Of a stretch of DNA of 64,000 nt, positions 32,726-44,600 are shown piece by piece. Location: NCBI GenBank assembly GCA_937625935.1, contig OW569359.1, forward strand, positions 434,001 to 498,000, in the 5' to 3' direction. Position 1 is the stretch's first letter. Each line of letters opens with the position of its first letter. The notes under the pieces were generated by a model. The model did not search any database and was not told the DNA's origin. It saw only the letters and a list, made by a program, of their open reading frames with translations. This DNA comes from Tetramitus jugosus (Eukaryota > Protista > Heterolobosea). The position numbers and the translations under genes were made by a program.

Positions 32726-33787
32726 ATGCCACTGAACGCTTCCCAACTTCAAGATATCCAACAGGCTCAATCCATGGTCAATGGTCACCTGGCGACCATT
32801 AACAAGCTCCTAAAGTTGGAAAATGACCCGATTGAATCCGTCGTAGATTTCGAGGCGTTGAGCGAGTATCATGTGGAGGATAGCTATCGCAATTACCTCG
32901 CAACGAGAATCTATGACAATTACTTTTCTACGGTGTCTCGTTTCCTGTACTACTTGTTGGACTATACGGATGACACCAGAAGGTACGCACCCATCTATAT
33001 CGAAGAGTTCCACAATCGATGGTGGGCTCGTGAATTGACATTTGAGTTCGTTGAAGCGGAGTCTTCATGGAAGATTAGAGATGGTGCGCTTGTAATTCAA
33101 GTCCCGCCTGCAAAGTTCAACTACAATGCGTATGACTCGGTTTACAAGAATTTGGAAGTGATTTTGGATGAGGATATTGGTGAGGGAATGGTTGCAAAGT
33201 ACAAGGTGTCTATCGAAGAAGCCAAAGCAGAGTTTTCAAAGCTCGAATCTCGATTGAGTGCTTTTACCAAGGAGAATTATCAGTTCGATTTTGACTTTGA
33301 GAGATTTTGGATCAATGGTCACATTCAACGCATCAACCAAGAATATAGATTGCGTGAGCCATTGTTATCTGTTCAGTATGCGAATCGTTTGACCGGTTTG
33401 ATTGAGCAATATGTGAGCAGTTTCCCCGTGGGTCTCACTTTCCTCAATGAAATGACTCCTTCAAGAAAGATTCGTTTCATGTTGGGCCCTGTACAGAACA
33501 CGGATGCTCAGTATGACTTGTATTTGGAGAATGGAGCTATTGTGTTGAAGGTTCCAGAAGAAAAGTTTTGCTACAATGTCTACGGTATTGGTGAACGCTA
33601 TGCTGGTATTCAACAATTGGTTGATGCGTATATGGCATCCAAGCCAAAGGTGGAACGAGTTCCTTCTCCTGCCGAATTGGAAAGACTTGCAAAGAGAAAG
33701 CAGAGAGAGGAAGAAGCGATGAGAAGAAAGCAGGAGAGAGAGAAGGCAATTGCTGAATTGAAGCTCAAGTATGAGAATGACAACTAG
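32726..33787 (+). CDS. Hypothetical protein with two internal homologous domains and a charged C-tail
   Basis: WKIRDGALVIQVPPAKFNYNAY versus LYLENGAIVLKVPEEKFCYNVY; ATG at 32726 after aaa. Confidence 0.75.
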   Translation: MPLNASQLQDIQQAQSMVNGHLATINKLLKLENDPIESVVDFEALSEYHVEDSYRNYLATRIYDNYFSTVSRFLYYLLDYTDDTRRYAPIYIEEFHNRWWARELTFEFVEAESSWKIRDGALVIQVPPAKFNYNAYDSVYKNLEVILDEDIGEGMVAKYKVSIEEAKAEFSKLESRLSAFTKENYQFDFDFERFWINGHIQRINQEYRLREPLLSVQYANRLTGLIEQYVSSFPVGLTFLNEMTPSRKIRFMLGPVQNTDAQYDLYLENGAIVLKVPEEKFCYNVYGIGERYAGIQQLVDAYMASKPKVERVPSPAELERLAKRKQREEEAMRRKQEREKAIAELKLKYENDN

Positions 33788-33840
33788 AGACAACAGTCCT
33801 ACTTTACTGTCAACCAATGTACCACTAAGTTCTCAGAACC

Positions 33841-35602
33841 CTAAAACAATAATTTATAGAGAATCAATGGAAGAGTAACAGAGAGAACGACCATGGATAC
33901 TTCTGGAATGTAATCAAACGTATCTTGAATCAATCTAAATACAATTGTTTCGTTCTTGTATGATACTCCACGCATGGATAAGATTGGTTGTTTTGTTTTG
34001 TCAATCTGTAACACCAGGTAATTCCTTCCAAGGTACTGCTCCAGAGCTTCATCATCACTCTTGTGATTACTTGTCCTCTGCAACACCCAACTACCAGCTT
34101 TAGTTTGTTTGAAGTAACGATTGGCAATGTGAGGAACATGTAACTTGGGGTCGTGCATAATCGTTGAGCCCTTTGTTATACCACTAGTGGCAACCTGTTG
34201 AATACAGATGGAAGTATCAGCTCTACAAATCTTTGAATTGAAGAACTGATGGACATCGCCACTGACGATTCGAATGTTTGAACCTGGATATTTCAACATT
34301 TTGTCAGCAATTATGTCCAACAACCGAACTGTGTCATTGATCAACTCTGGATGAGTTAAAACTCTTTCTTGTTCGTACATGTAGAATAGAACTGCAAATA
34401 ACTCGCTATTGAATAGAGGTGGAACAGATGAGAATAGTACGGTTTCTTGGAACTGAGATGCACAAGAATCCAACTCGCGTGAAATCTCTGTCAATTGATC
34501 AGATCCAAACAATGGAGAGTCCTTCTCGAAATGAAATGTCCTGTAGAATCTTGTATCAGTGAACAACCAGCAAACACCAGCAAATTTTTTGACAAAGTGA
34601 ACTCGATTCTCCTGTGGGATGATAACTCGCTGCTCTAGATTGCTCAGATCACCTTTTGATTCCTCTGTAATGTTCTGCAATAGTTGAAATTGGTATTCGT
34701 AGAAAGCAATTCGACCTGCCTCGACTACACGGCGTCTCAAGATATTCCCTCCCTCGTCACAATCTTTGTGCTCGGCACTGCACGCTTCGATCATTTCTCG
34801 ATCCAGGTTGTTCAGAACATCGTGATCATCAGGCATCATCCAGTTCGCTCCATGTCGCAACACTCTTTGCATGATATCTGAGCCCCAATTCTTCATGTAA
34901 GCCCTTCGAAATCGAGTGACAAACTCGATTTGAGAAGGCACGACTCCACTACTCTTGTACTCTCATGGCATTATCAAAGATGGAATCAGCATACAATTGA
35001 TCTCCAAGATGAACAATACCATCTCTGTCAGATTCATCGGCCACCAATTGCCTCCACATATCTTCATCTTCATCCTCAAAGATCCGATTGCATGAAAGAG
35101 CAATAATTTTCGACTTTGCACAATGAGTATCACTGTCACTTAAAGAAAACGTTCGAAAGTGAACATGAGTCTTCTTTTGTTCCTCGATATCTTTCAATTG
35201 GTATGGAATGAACTTGATAGAATCATTATCTGTGAGCTTATTCCCATCAACATGAAACACGATCCAATACGCTGTGCATGGTTTCAATCCAGAAAAGAAT
35301 GCAATCTGAGGGAATGAAGAACTCACTTGAATATGCTTCTCCTCGTGTAATTTCATTGTTAAATCACTCTGATCTTCATCAATAGACATCAACTGAGCAC
35401 AATACTCTTGAAAGTCTGTTTTGTTCCCATCAGAATTCAGACCTTGGAACAAGACACGAGCAGATTCTGTTGTGACATCGCCCACTACCAACAATAAACC
35501 ATCTGAAATCATCTGCAGTCCCGAAACAACATGAAAACATGTCATTTGCAGCAATAAACACAACATGAATGCGATAGATCCAAAAAACACGGCCTGCCTC
35601 AT
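33841..35602 (-). CDS. PhoD-like alkaline phosphatase (signal peptide, C-terminal TM) interrupted by a +1 frameshift near 34950-34965
   Basis: Upstream ORF has VGDVT, LSCN and HLGDQLYAD. Downstream ORF has MPDDHD, DTRFYR, SGDVH and TSGI. Confidence 0.8.
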
Positions 35603-36086
35603 TTTCTCTGTTGTTTTTCTATTTTTTGTTTTATTTTATGAATGGGCCCAGTGCCCGAACTATTCTCTTGCTGTAGATCTCTGACTTGCACCGGTTCGTA
35701 GTGAATGCTGGAAACAAAAACCAATACCCAACCTCAAGATAGCGTTATGTCAAAACTCGGTATGTACCAATGTGTCACAAAATGAATCGGATCTTCTAAA
35801 CACGACGAAAAAAAATTCCTCCACCCCTTGTCCGATTGAACACTCAACCAATGTTTGGAATTCGCTCACACCACCAGTTCACACACCAATAATTGTCAAT
35901 ATTGCTCCGCTGTGCGAATAATATTCTCCCAATCAAGTTCAATTTTCTCTCCCTCAACCCAAAAAACTCCACAACAGTCCGTTGTTCCACCACTACTCTT
36001 TCAGAAAACGTTGTCAAACAACAACAAAAAATAACAACACCAACTAACAACCAACAACTAACAACAACAACCAACAAAAAAAAATC

Positions 36087-36977
36087 ATGGTGTGGTTCAG
36101 CAACGATTACAACCATGTGAGAACACCAGAAGCTTACGTGTTTTTCACTCTAATTGGCTCTACAGTCATTCATCGACTCTTGTACGAGTTGTGCTATCGA
36201 TACATTGCACCACTATTGCCCAAACAAAAAGATAACAAAAAAGATTGGTTCATGCTCCTCAGTTCCTACCTTGTCAGTACAGCTCACGCTTTTTTGTCTC
36301 TTGCTTTGGCGGTTTTTGTGTGCATCGGAGAAACACAATTCTCCGATCATTCCCAATCATTGATTGGAAAGTCGTTTGTAACGACAGTGTCGATTGCTTG
36401 GTCACTAGGCTACTATTTTTATGATATACAAATGGTAGCTAAAGAGTATCCAAAGCTTGGAGAATATCCTGTCATTGTTCATCACATCATGTACATTTTG
36501 GGTGCGTTGGCCATTGTGTTCTATGACCATGGTTACTTTATTATGGTCTTGTTCAATTTGACTGAAGCAAGCACACCGTTTGTCAATGTGAGATGGTTCT
36601 TGTCAGAGACTGGACTTGATTCCAAATTTTCACTCGTGTATGCAGTGAATGGAATTTTAATGTGGCTCATGTTTGGTGTGTGCAGAATTTACATGTGCGT
36701 GTGGGTGTTTCCAGCGTATTTGTGGATTGGCCAATGGCTGCACTTGTCGCGCTTTCCACGATTCATGATTTGCTACGCGCTTTTGCTTTATGCGGGTATT
36801 TCGGCGCTCAATCTATTTTGGTATTACAAGATTACAATGGGTTTGGTCAAGGTGGTCAAGGGTCTTTTGAATAAGAGTGGTAGCAGTGGTGGCAGTAGCA
36901 GTGGTAGCTCTGGCAATAGAAGCAGCATCAGCAGCGGTAGCAGAGCAGCTGTCGGAAACTCGAAAAAGGAACAATAA
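36087..36977 (+). CDS. TLC (TRAM/LAG1/CLN8) domain membrane protein, TMEM56/TLCD4-like
   Basis: VSTAHA, SLGYYFYD, VHH, TEASTPFVNVRWFL and LNLFWYYKI. Confidence 0.9.
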   Translation: MVWFSNDYNHVRTPEAYVFFTLIGSTVIHRLLYELCYRYIAPLLPKQKDNKKDWFMLLSSYLVSTAHAFLSLALAVFVCIGETQFSDHSQSLIGKSFVTTVSIAWSLGYYFYDIQMVAKEYPKLGEYPVIVHHIMYILGALAIVFYDHGYFIMVLFNLTEASTPFVNVRWFLSETGLDSKFSLVYAVNGILMWLMFGVCRIYMCVWVFPAYLWIGQWLHLSRFPRFMICYALLLYAGISALNLFWYYKITMGLVKVVKGLLNKSGSSGGSSSGSSGNRSSISSGSRAAVGNSKKEQ

Positions 36978-37228
36978 GACACACGCAAATCAAGAGTGTA
37001 TGTGCGCGATTTACAAAATGAAGGTTACCCAAAACGCGATGTTTTTGATGACGATCTTTCTCTGTTGAATTGGACTTTACAATGACCTTGCGTCCCTCAT
37101 TTATTGGGGCCTTCATATGACTTTCATAACAGTGTGGCCAACACCAAACTATTCAACCTCATTCAATTGTTAATTTATAAAAATTCTGGGTTGTATTCGA
37201 TTCCTAAATACAATGGTAATTGACAATT

Positions 37229-38884
37229 TTACTTGACTTGCTTCTCATCCGCTTCTCTGATCAAGTGTTCCACTGCATCCAGTGAGCCATCAATGGATGG
37301 AAGACTTTCATCGTCCAAATCCATAATCTCTGCCAACAGTGGATACAGGTGAATGTTTTCAAAGGGTGCCACTGGCTGATCAAATTGCTGTATCCTTGGC
37401 CCGCTGGCAACAAACAGAGCGCCCATGTCGTCCACCTTGTTATCATATCCATGATCACCGTTCAATGATTGAACAAAGTAAGTGGACATCCAACAATGAT
37501 TTTCAACTGCAATGACCAAATCAGAGCACGTCTCGGGAAAGTTTTGACAGGCTTGCTTAAAGTGCAATCGATCTGGAACTTCATTTGCCTTGTAAGTCGT
37601 GTACTTGTTACCTCCTTGCACAACTTCCTCTCCTTGCTTCAACTTGTCGTACACTCGATCAACAAGGAGTTGAACATCTCCAGATCGATTGACAGCAGTC
37701 AATTGAACAAATGGGCCGTAGAATGTCTTGAATTGGTTCAAATCTGTCAGACCGACAATATCACCAATATTGACCTCACAATTCTTGTTCAATTGTGACA
37801 TGCCGTGATCAGACACAATCACAATATGAACATCGGTCAATGGATTCACATCACGCTTCTTCAACTCTGAAAACAAGTAACCAACAACTTGATCAACACT
37901 GTTGACAGCGTCTCTTGTTGCTTGACTCAGAGGACCATATGAGTGACCTTCATGATCCACACCACTAAAGTAGCTCACATACAATAGATTCAATCTCTCA
38001 TCATCTTCATTGTCCTTGTTTGCTTGCACTCTTTCCTTCAATTTCTTGTCATCTTCATCAAAATACTTCATGAGCAGATCAATCTTGTTCTTATCACCAA
38101 AATTATCATCATAAATTTCTTGATACCGAGTAGGTTTCATTCCCTGTAGCTCTACATTGGAACCAGGCCAGAAAATTGTGGAAGCAGAGTGATTTTGCTT
38201 CTCAACAGTGATCCAGATGGGTTCACCTCCTTGCCACCACTCTGTCTCTGTGCTGCTCATGGTAAATGAGCGGCGATTGACCTTATTGTACATGCCATTG
38301 TTCAAAATGCCATGATTAGCTGGGTACTTGCCAGTCACTAACGTATAATGATTGGGAAACGTTTTTGTGGGATAGCTTGGGATCAATCTCTCAGCTCTTG
38401 CACCATTCTTGGCCAATAATTGAATATTGGTCGTTTGTTGTGCAAACTGCTGCAAGTAATCATATCGAAACCCATCAATCGACAACAAAAAGACCGTTTT
38501 CTGTAGCCATTTTTTTCGCGCGCCAGTCTTTTTTGCCGCTCTCGAACGGGTGAGCGCCCTGTACGTGATCCAAGTCGAAAAGAAGAGTATGAGCACAATG
38601 CTCAAGCAACAGACAATCGCAACCAAGTAACCAAAAATTCTCATGTTCGTGACGGGTGACCACCACTTTGGTGACTTTTGGAATCGATAATAATTTTGAC
38701 CCAAATCTGATTCTTCATCTTGGTTGTGTTCAACCACTGAAGAAGCAGCAGAAGAATTGAGTTGTTGTTGTTGGTTGACTGTTGGTAGTAAGATATCGTT
38801 GTGTGGGTGCTCATCTAGTTGAGTCAACTGTTGTTGTTGATGAAAGAGAGCTTCATCGTCATCCTCGTGTTGCTGATAGCTCAT
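37229..38884 (-). CDS. Ectonucleotide pyrophosphatase/phosphodiesterase (ENPP family), type II membrane
   Basis: SIDGFRYDY, PTKTFPNHY (catalytic Thr), DHEGH, SDHGM and GDHGYDN; TM helix near the N-terminus. Confidence 0.93.
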   Translation of the reverse strand: MSYQQHEDDDEALFHQQQQLTQLDEHPHNDILLPTVNQQQQLNSSAASSVVEHNQDEESDLGQNYYRFQKSPKWWSPVTNMRIFGYLVAIVCCLSIVLILFFSTWITYRALTRSRAAKKTGARKKWLQKTVFLLSIDGFRYDYLQQFAQQTTNIQLLAKNGARAERLIPSYPTKTFPNHYTLVTGKYPANHGILNNGMYNKVNRRSFTMSSTETEWWQGGEPIWITVEKQNHSASTIFWPGSNVELQGMKPTRYQEIYDDNFGDKNKIDLLMKYFDEDDKKLKERVQANKDNEDDERLNLLYVSYFSGVDHEGHSYGPLSQATRDAVNSVDQVVGYLFSELKKRDVNPLTDVHIVIVSDHGMSQLNKNCEVNIGDIVGLTDLNQFKTFYGPFVQLTAVNRSGDVQLLVDRVYDKLKQGEEVVQGGNKYTTYKANEVPDRLHFKQACQNFPETCSDLVIAVENHCWMSTYFVQSLNGDHGYDNKVDDMGALFVASGPRIQQFDQPVAPFENIHLYPLLAEIMDLDDESLPSIDGSLDAVEHLIREADEKQVK

Positions 38885-39007
38885 GGTTGATGATGATAAA
38901 TAAAGGTTCAGTTTTCACTTGCGAGTTCAATTTTTTTGGGCTGACGTGTTGTGTTGATCTGGTTTGGACGGAGATTTGGGAAACAGTTACAAATCCTTTG
39001 AAACGTT

Positions 39008-39274
39008 TCAAAATATTGTGCTGGTGCCGTTGGTGATGTAAACCACGTTCTTGGCATTGATTGCAAGTGATGCTGGTTTGTTGTTTCTGGATATAACAGG
39101 ACCGTGATTGATACTGCGTTGTCCTCCAGTAGTGAACACAACGTTTTTGGCGTTGATTACAACAGTTTGGGCATGTTGTGACTTGTCGGGAATCGCGTTC
39201 CTCCCAACGTATTCGAAGAATCGTTCTGATAGGGCACTCCAAGATGAATTCGAACATGAGATTGGCTTTACGTG
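39008..39274 (-). other. 88-codon open frame directly after, and in frame with, the TAA of the 39275..41131 gene
   Basis: No stop until TGA at 39010-39008; contains INAKNVV twice with synonymous differences; no in-frame ATG. Confidence 0.5.
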
Positions 39275-41131
39275 TTAGATTTGACTGGTTTGCACAGCAC
39301 TCTTGATTGATTTCGAAGTTTCAATGTCCAATTCCTCCTCTCTGCAATAGCCGAGCAAAGAAGGTGTAATGACTGTAGCTCCATGCAATAAACCGTACTG
39401 TGTCGGTCCGATTAAGAAGGGCACAGCAGGATTAGTCAACATAAAGTAGCAAACAGCCAGAATGACAGGAGCATACTTGAGCAAAGCAATGAATGGAACC
39501 ATGCCCTGAGACACGACAAAATCTTGGCGATCCTTGGTTTGGAATATCAGTCTTTCCCAGGAGTTGGTTGCTAGAGTCTGATAGAGGAACACTGGTGTCA
39601 TGTACAGCAGAGCTTTCTTTCCATGTGGGAAGGCATAATTAAATAGGTTGTGTCTGCCTCTCACTCCACCAAATCGCCAATACCTCCAGTACATTCTCGT
39701 AAACACCCAACAGGCACCTCCCAAAACATACACTTGAGCAAGCTTGGATGCATCGGATTCCAGCCACTTGATCCAGTTCCAGTCACTAGGTGCCTTGTAC
39801 TTGGAAATGACACATGGCTCAGCGGTCACTCTATACTTTGTCTCATACTCGATGGCAATGTTCGAAACAATCTCCTTAAGCTTCTTATCCGTAATGGTGT
39901 TAAATTGCGATTGACTCGTTGCATATCGACTATAAAGCTTATCGACATAGGATCTTAGTTCTGCATATTGATCAAGCGCTCCAATGTGCAACAATTGTTC
40001 CAGTCCAAGATAACCAATACGGTTCTGTTCTTCGTTATTCGATCTCAAGAATTGACCAATAAGACTAGTAATTTCACGCTCACCATTAAAAGATTGGAGA
40101 GTACTCAATGTCAAGCTCGAATAATACTTGGCAAGCAAAGAATGAACATTGTTTCTCAACAAGTGACACCTCTTTCTGTCTAGAGCTGTTCCTCGTTGAC
40201 TCTCCCCGTTCAAACGATTCAGTAGAGCAACCAAATCACGAGGATCAAGATGATCAAGACAATCATGCACAAACACTGAACTGTCCATTAAACGATTCAA
40301 TGCCCTTGTCGCATACAATAGATTGACCACTTCTTCTTGTTCCTCTCCACTACCACCACCATGCTTATGAATCGCACTCGTCCATATCTCAACAATCTTT
40401 GCATTCTTCAATAGAGGCCAATTGTACCAATTCTCACAGAATGCATACAATCGCTTAAACGCCATTCTTCTCTGTTCTGCATACTGATCACTAGACAACA
40501 ACTCTTCTCCCTTCAAATAATCACTCTTGTTTCCCAGCACCAAATCCGCATACCCATAAATCTCCGAATTTCCCCGAGATGTACCATTGGGTCGAACGAC
40601 ACAGGACAAAAAGATGAGTGCTCCACCAATGAAAAACAACCCAATGACCCATCTCTTGTACGTTGATGCATTCTTCACTCGTTCAATAATGGAAGGATCC
40701 AATTCGGCATACACATCAGCTACATCACGCTTACCCTGTGATGAAGAACTACTACTAGCATAGAGAAATTTCCATTCAGTCAATGGAGGAAGACCACTTT
40801 TGATCATGGCCTTGTTCAGTCGTTCACTAGGTGAGATTGGTGCATCAGTGGATGAGAATCTGGAAGGTCGTGAAATGTTGGGTGATGATAAGGAAGATGG
40901 TGGTATTGTTGGTATTGTGGATGATGGTGTAGTTGATTGCTGTTGTTGTTGTTGTGGTTTAGCTTTTGTGGTTTGAGATTGTTTTTCTTGTGATTTTTTC
41001 TTGCTGGAGCTATTGGGACGAATGAGTTGAGTGGCATAGTGGCAGAGCTGTAATGATCGTTGTTGTGATAAAGTCAAGAATGGATGACGATTGCATCTTG
41101 ATCTTGTTGTCAGACTGTAAAAACTCTGCAT
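39275..41131 (-). CDS. Hypothetical multi-pass membrane protein with a mitochondrial-like presequence
   Basis: 618-aa ORF; R/S/L-rich N-terminus lacking acidic residues; several hydrophobic helices. Confidence 0.75.
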   Translation of the reverse strand: MQSFYSLTTRSRCNRHPFLTLSQQRSLQLCHYATQLIRPNSSSKKKSQEKQSQTTKAKPQQQQQQSTTPSSTIPTIPPSSLSSPNISRPSRFSSTDAPISPSERLNKAMIKSGLPPLTEWKFLYASSSSSSQGKRDVADVYAELDPSIIERVKNASTYKRWVIGLFFIGGALIFLSCVVRPNGTSRGNSEIYGYADLVLGNKSDYLKGEELLSSDQYAEQRRMAFKRLYAFCENWYNWPLLKNAKIVEIWTSAIHKHGGGSGEEQEEVVNLLYATRALNRLMDSSVFVHDCLDHLDPRDLVALLNRLNGESQRGTALDRKRCHLLRNNVHSLLAKYYSSLTLSTLQSFNGEREITSLIGQFLRSNNEEQNRIGYLGLEQLLHIGALDQYAELRSYVDKLYSRYATSQSQFNTITDKKLKEIVSNIAIEYETKYRVTAEPCVISKYKAPSDWNWIKWLESDASKLAQVYVLGGACWVFTRMYWRYWRFGGVRGRHNLFNYAFPHGKKALLYMTPVFLYQTLATNSWERLIFQTKDRQDFVVSQGMVPFIALLKYAPVILAVCYFMLTNPAVPFLIGPTQYGLLHGATVITPSLLGYCREEELDIETSKSIKSAVQTSQI

Positions 41132-41696
41132 TTTTTTGTGTTTTTTTGCGCCGACAAATATTTTCCCCGTTCAGATTGATGATGGATAATTGATCGAATC
41201 AAAATTGGTCGGTGAATAACTCAAAACATAATCTGTCAAAATTTCACATGTCATTGACCGTCGTTACTTTGCCGACCACCCAACTCAACTTCTCTCTTCA
41301 CACATCAAAATATTGTTTGTGTTTCGTACAAACTGTTTCCATCCGTCACTTTCTTTTTCAAACAGAAAACCAAGCATAACACATTATTGACCTTCTCTCT
41401 TCCAATATCTGTTGTGTCAAACTCCATAGTTGCGTCCCATTGAAAGACACTTGACAGCACCAATCAAAAGAATTCAAAAACAATTGCACAGCTTTTTTTG
41501 TTTTGACGAATCATCTGAGCGACCCCCCAACTCTCTCGCTACATACCATACCATTCACACACACACACATACATATAATTTATCATAATCAACGTTACAC
41601 CTCAAAAAACAACAAGAGCTACAACAACAATTTTCTCAGTGAAAACACACACTACATTAGAAAAAAACAAACAACGACAACAACAATTAGCTAACC

Positions 41697-44600
41697 ATGT
41701 CATCACTACAATACTTGCAACAACAGCAACAACAAGATGCAATGATTGATGATCTGATTTCAGGTCTCGTCCACATGATTCATTCCATTGTACGTACATG
41801 CTGCTTTCAAATTTCTCCTACTGTTGCTTTTTTTTTTCTCTCTCCTCACATGTCTTTTGAATTTAACACTTATTTTTTTTTGGTAATGATCATCATTAGT
41901 TGCCCATGTATAACAAATCAATCACCAACAACACAACAACCAATCTGACTCATATTGCCACCTCACTCATCAACATTTCCAAAATGAATCAACAAGACAG
42001 AATTATTGAAGGATTGTTGCACGTGTACGCTGAATTGAACAAGAATTTTGAGTCGTTTGTTGTTCAGTCCATGAATGCCGCCAATGACGCAACCAACAAC
42101 AACAACAATAATAACCCATCGAGCAACAATAACAATAGCTCTTCTTCACCTAATGATTCATCATCATCATCAGCATCACTACTTTTGAACAATAGTAGCA
42201 GTGGCAACAATAGTAGTAGTCTCAATTTATTAAGTGGAGTCAACAACAACAACAACAATAATAATAATAGTAGTAACCTTATTAACAACAATAACAATAG
42301 CAACAATAGCAGCAGTAGTAACAGTTTACTGGGCAATAACAACAATAGTGCAAGTAGCAACAATATTAATAACATTAATATCGCATCATCAGGTGCAGGA
42401 GGAAATACCATGAGCTTTTCTCTCAATCTCAGCTCTATTCATAGTAGTAGTAGTAGTAGCAGCAGTAATAATAATAATAATAATAATAGTGGCAGTAACA
42501 TGATATCGACCACTACGATCGAATTGTCACCAGAAGAGTTGGATCATCGATTTTTGCGGTCAAAGCTCATTGTCTTCCAATTGTTCAATTCATTGTTGAG
42601 TGATGCGATTCACTGTGAAAAATTGGACTTGAGATTTGACAATGATTTTGATGACGAATATCAAATGCAACAATTGTCTCTTCATCGAGTGAGTAGCAAC
42701 GGTAATACGACACTGAGTGATGATGAACAAGTTTTGTTTAGAAATTTGCAAATGATTCAGAGAAGTTTGAGCAACAATAATAACAATGCTTCGAATCCGT
42801 CGACTCCCATGACTCCGACTGCACCGAATACGACCTCCATGGTCGGCACACCCAATTCAGGAGAGTTGGCATTGAGTACGGCCTCCCATTTGAGCCTATC
42901 ATCCAATAGCTTACTAGAGCTAATGAACAGTGAAATGATGGGAGTGAATTCAGAGTCAATGATGTTGCCAAGAGATGAGTCAAAGCTTCCAAAGCTAGAT
43001 CCTGGTTTGGCCAGTAGTCTCGTGCGGTACATTATGGACACATTGTACCCTGGATTGGACCGTGAGAAGGACAAGTCTCAAATCAACGCATCAAAGCTTC
43101 CACCTGTTGCGCTTCGTCACTTGGCTGCTCGCGTCTTGTTCAAGGTGAGTGTGTTGTCGTTTGATGTCGTGTTTCAAAAAGTGGAAGATTTCTTCCGTGG
43201 CATGAAGACGGATGAGGTCCATTACGGTGTGTACAACATGATTGAATACTTGAATTTTGATAATCAAAAATTGGCACGCTTGTTCAATTTGGTGAACGAT
43301 GCCAGTGCAAAGTTCAAGAAGAGTGCTGCTTTGGCGATTGCTCAACCATTGAGAAAGGCCATTTGGAACTATATTGTAAATTATCCTCATCAATTCATTT
43401 CGGATTGTAAGAGCATGACCTCGATCAATGGCAATCCAAACAAGCTATTCCTCATGTTTGGTGAGAAGACCAAGAAATTGCCTCAGGTTTGGCCTGTGCA
43501 AGCCATGATTCTCCTGTTGTGTCCAAAGGCGCTCTCCGAAGTCATCATGTTGCTCAAGGCGGGAAAGAGCGACAGCACGTACAGCAAGGAAAAGAAATTC
43601 TTGGACGGTTTGAAGACTAGCTCCAAGCTCAAGAATGAAAAGGCCGATGCTGCAATTGCTTGCTTTATCGATTTGTACAAGGCATCTTCCTATTTGAGCA
43701 AGGACAATTATACGGCTCTGCGTTTCCTCATGTCTGAGGTGCAAGGTGTAGTCATGGATCGATTGGACACTCCAATGAAGAACTCTGAGTCGAAGCCTGA
43801 CTTGTCGATGATGGTTGATTTCCTCGTGAGTTCCTACCGTGTCAATTATCGTAATGCAGTGTCATGCATCTTCCCACACTTTATCAAGGGTTCAAGCTTC
43901 TGTAAGCTTGCAATGGCAAGAACATTGTTGACATTGAGCAAGGAACAAGCACCTTTGCCATGGCATCCTACACTGTCCGATTCCTATTCTCATGTCTCAA
44001 AGGCTGCTAGATCCATGTGCCAAGATGCACTCCAGGAGGAGAGACACGCCTATCAGCAGAGATTGAACTCTCAGAAGGACGCACCTTCAACTTCATCTGG
44101 TCTCAGTGTTAAGAGAATTACTGGATCAAAGCCAAAGGAACAAGTTGAGGTGAGCTATGCAGGCGATATTTTGTTGAGTTTGTTGGCTACGTTCTACCAA
44201 GAGCCATTGTTCCCATTGCAAAACACTGCTGAGAACGACAAGACTCACTCCACAGATATTCTGTACTTCTTCTTGGGATTGACCAACTGTATGGGTGAGA
44301 AGAATGCACCTCAAGTTCAATATCATGCCCAAAGATTGCTGCAGAGATTGTTCCATGCAAAGTACATTGGTCAGTGGGTGCCTGGTGATGTCATCTCTGG
44401 TTTCATCGATATTTCCTCCAATGTCATTATTCAATTGACCAGTATCCTGTTGGAGGACAAGGATATGCAGGGCGAACACATTATTCCAATCCTTGACTTG
44501 GTTCGTGAGATTATCAACAGAGTCAATCAATTCATTAGTCAGAACAAGGATTTGATCTCAGATGAGCACTTGGCCAGCAGAAAGAGATCTCATGCATGGG

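Noticed and set aside
38859-39257. 132-aa ATG ORF with CxxC pairs
   Set aside because: It overlaps the ENPP start, and the synonymous-change pattern supports a different frame (see the readthrough finding); not fully excluded.
42064-42426. Poly-Leu antisense ORF
   Set aside because: Reverse complement of the NF1 Asn/Ser tracts.
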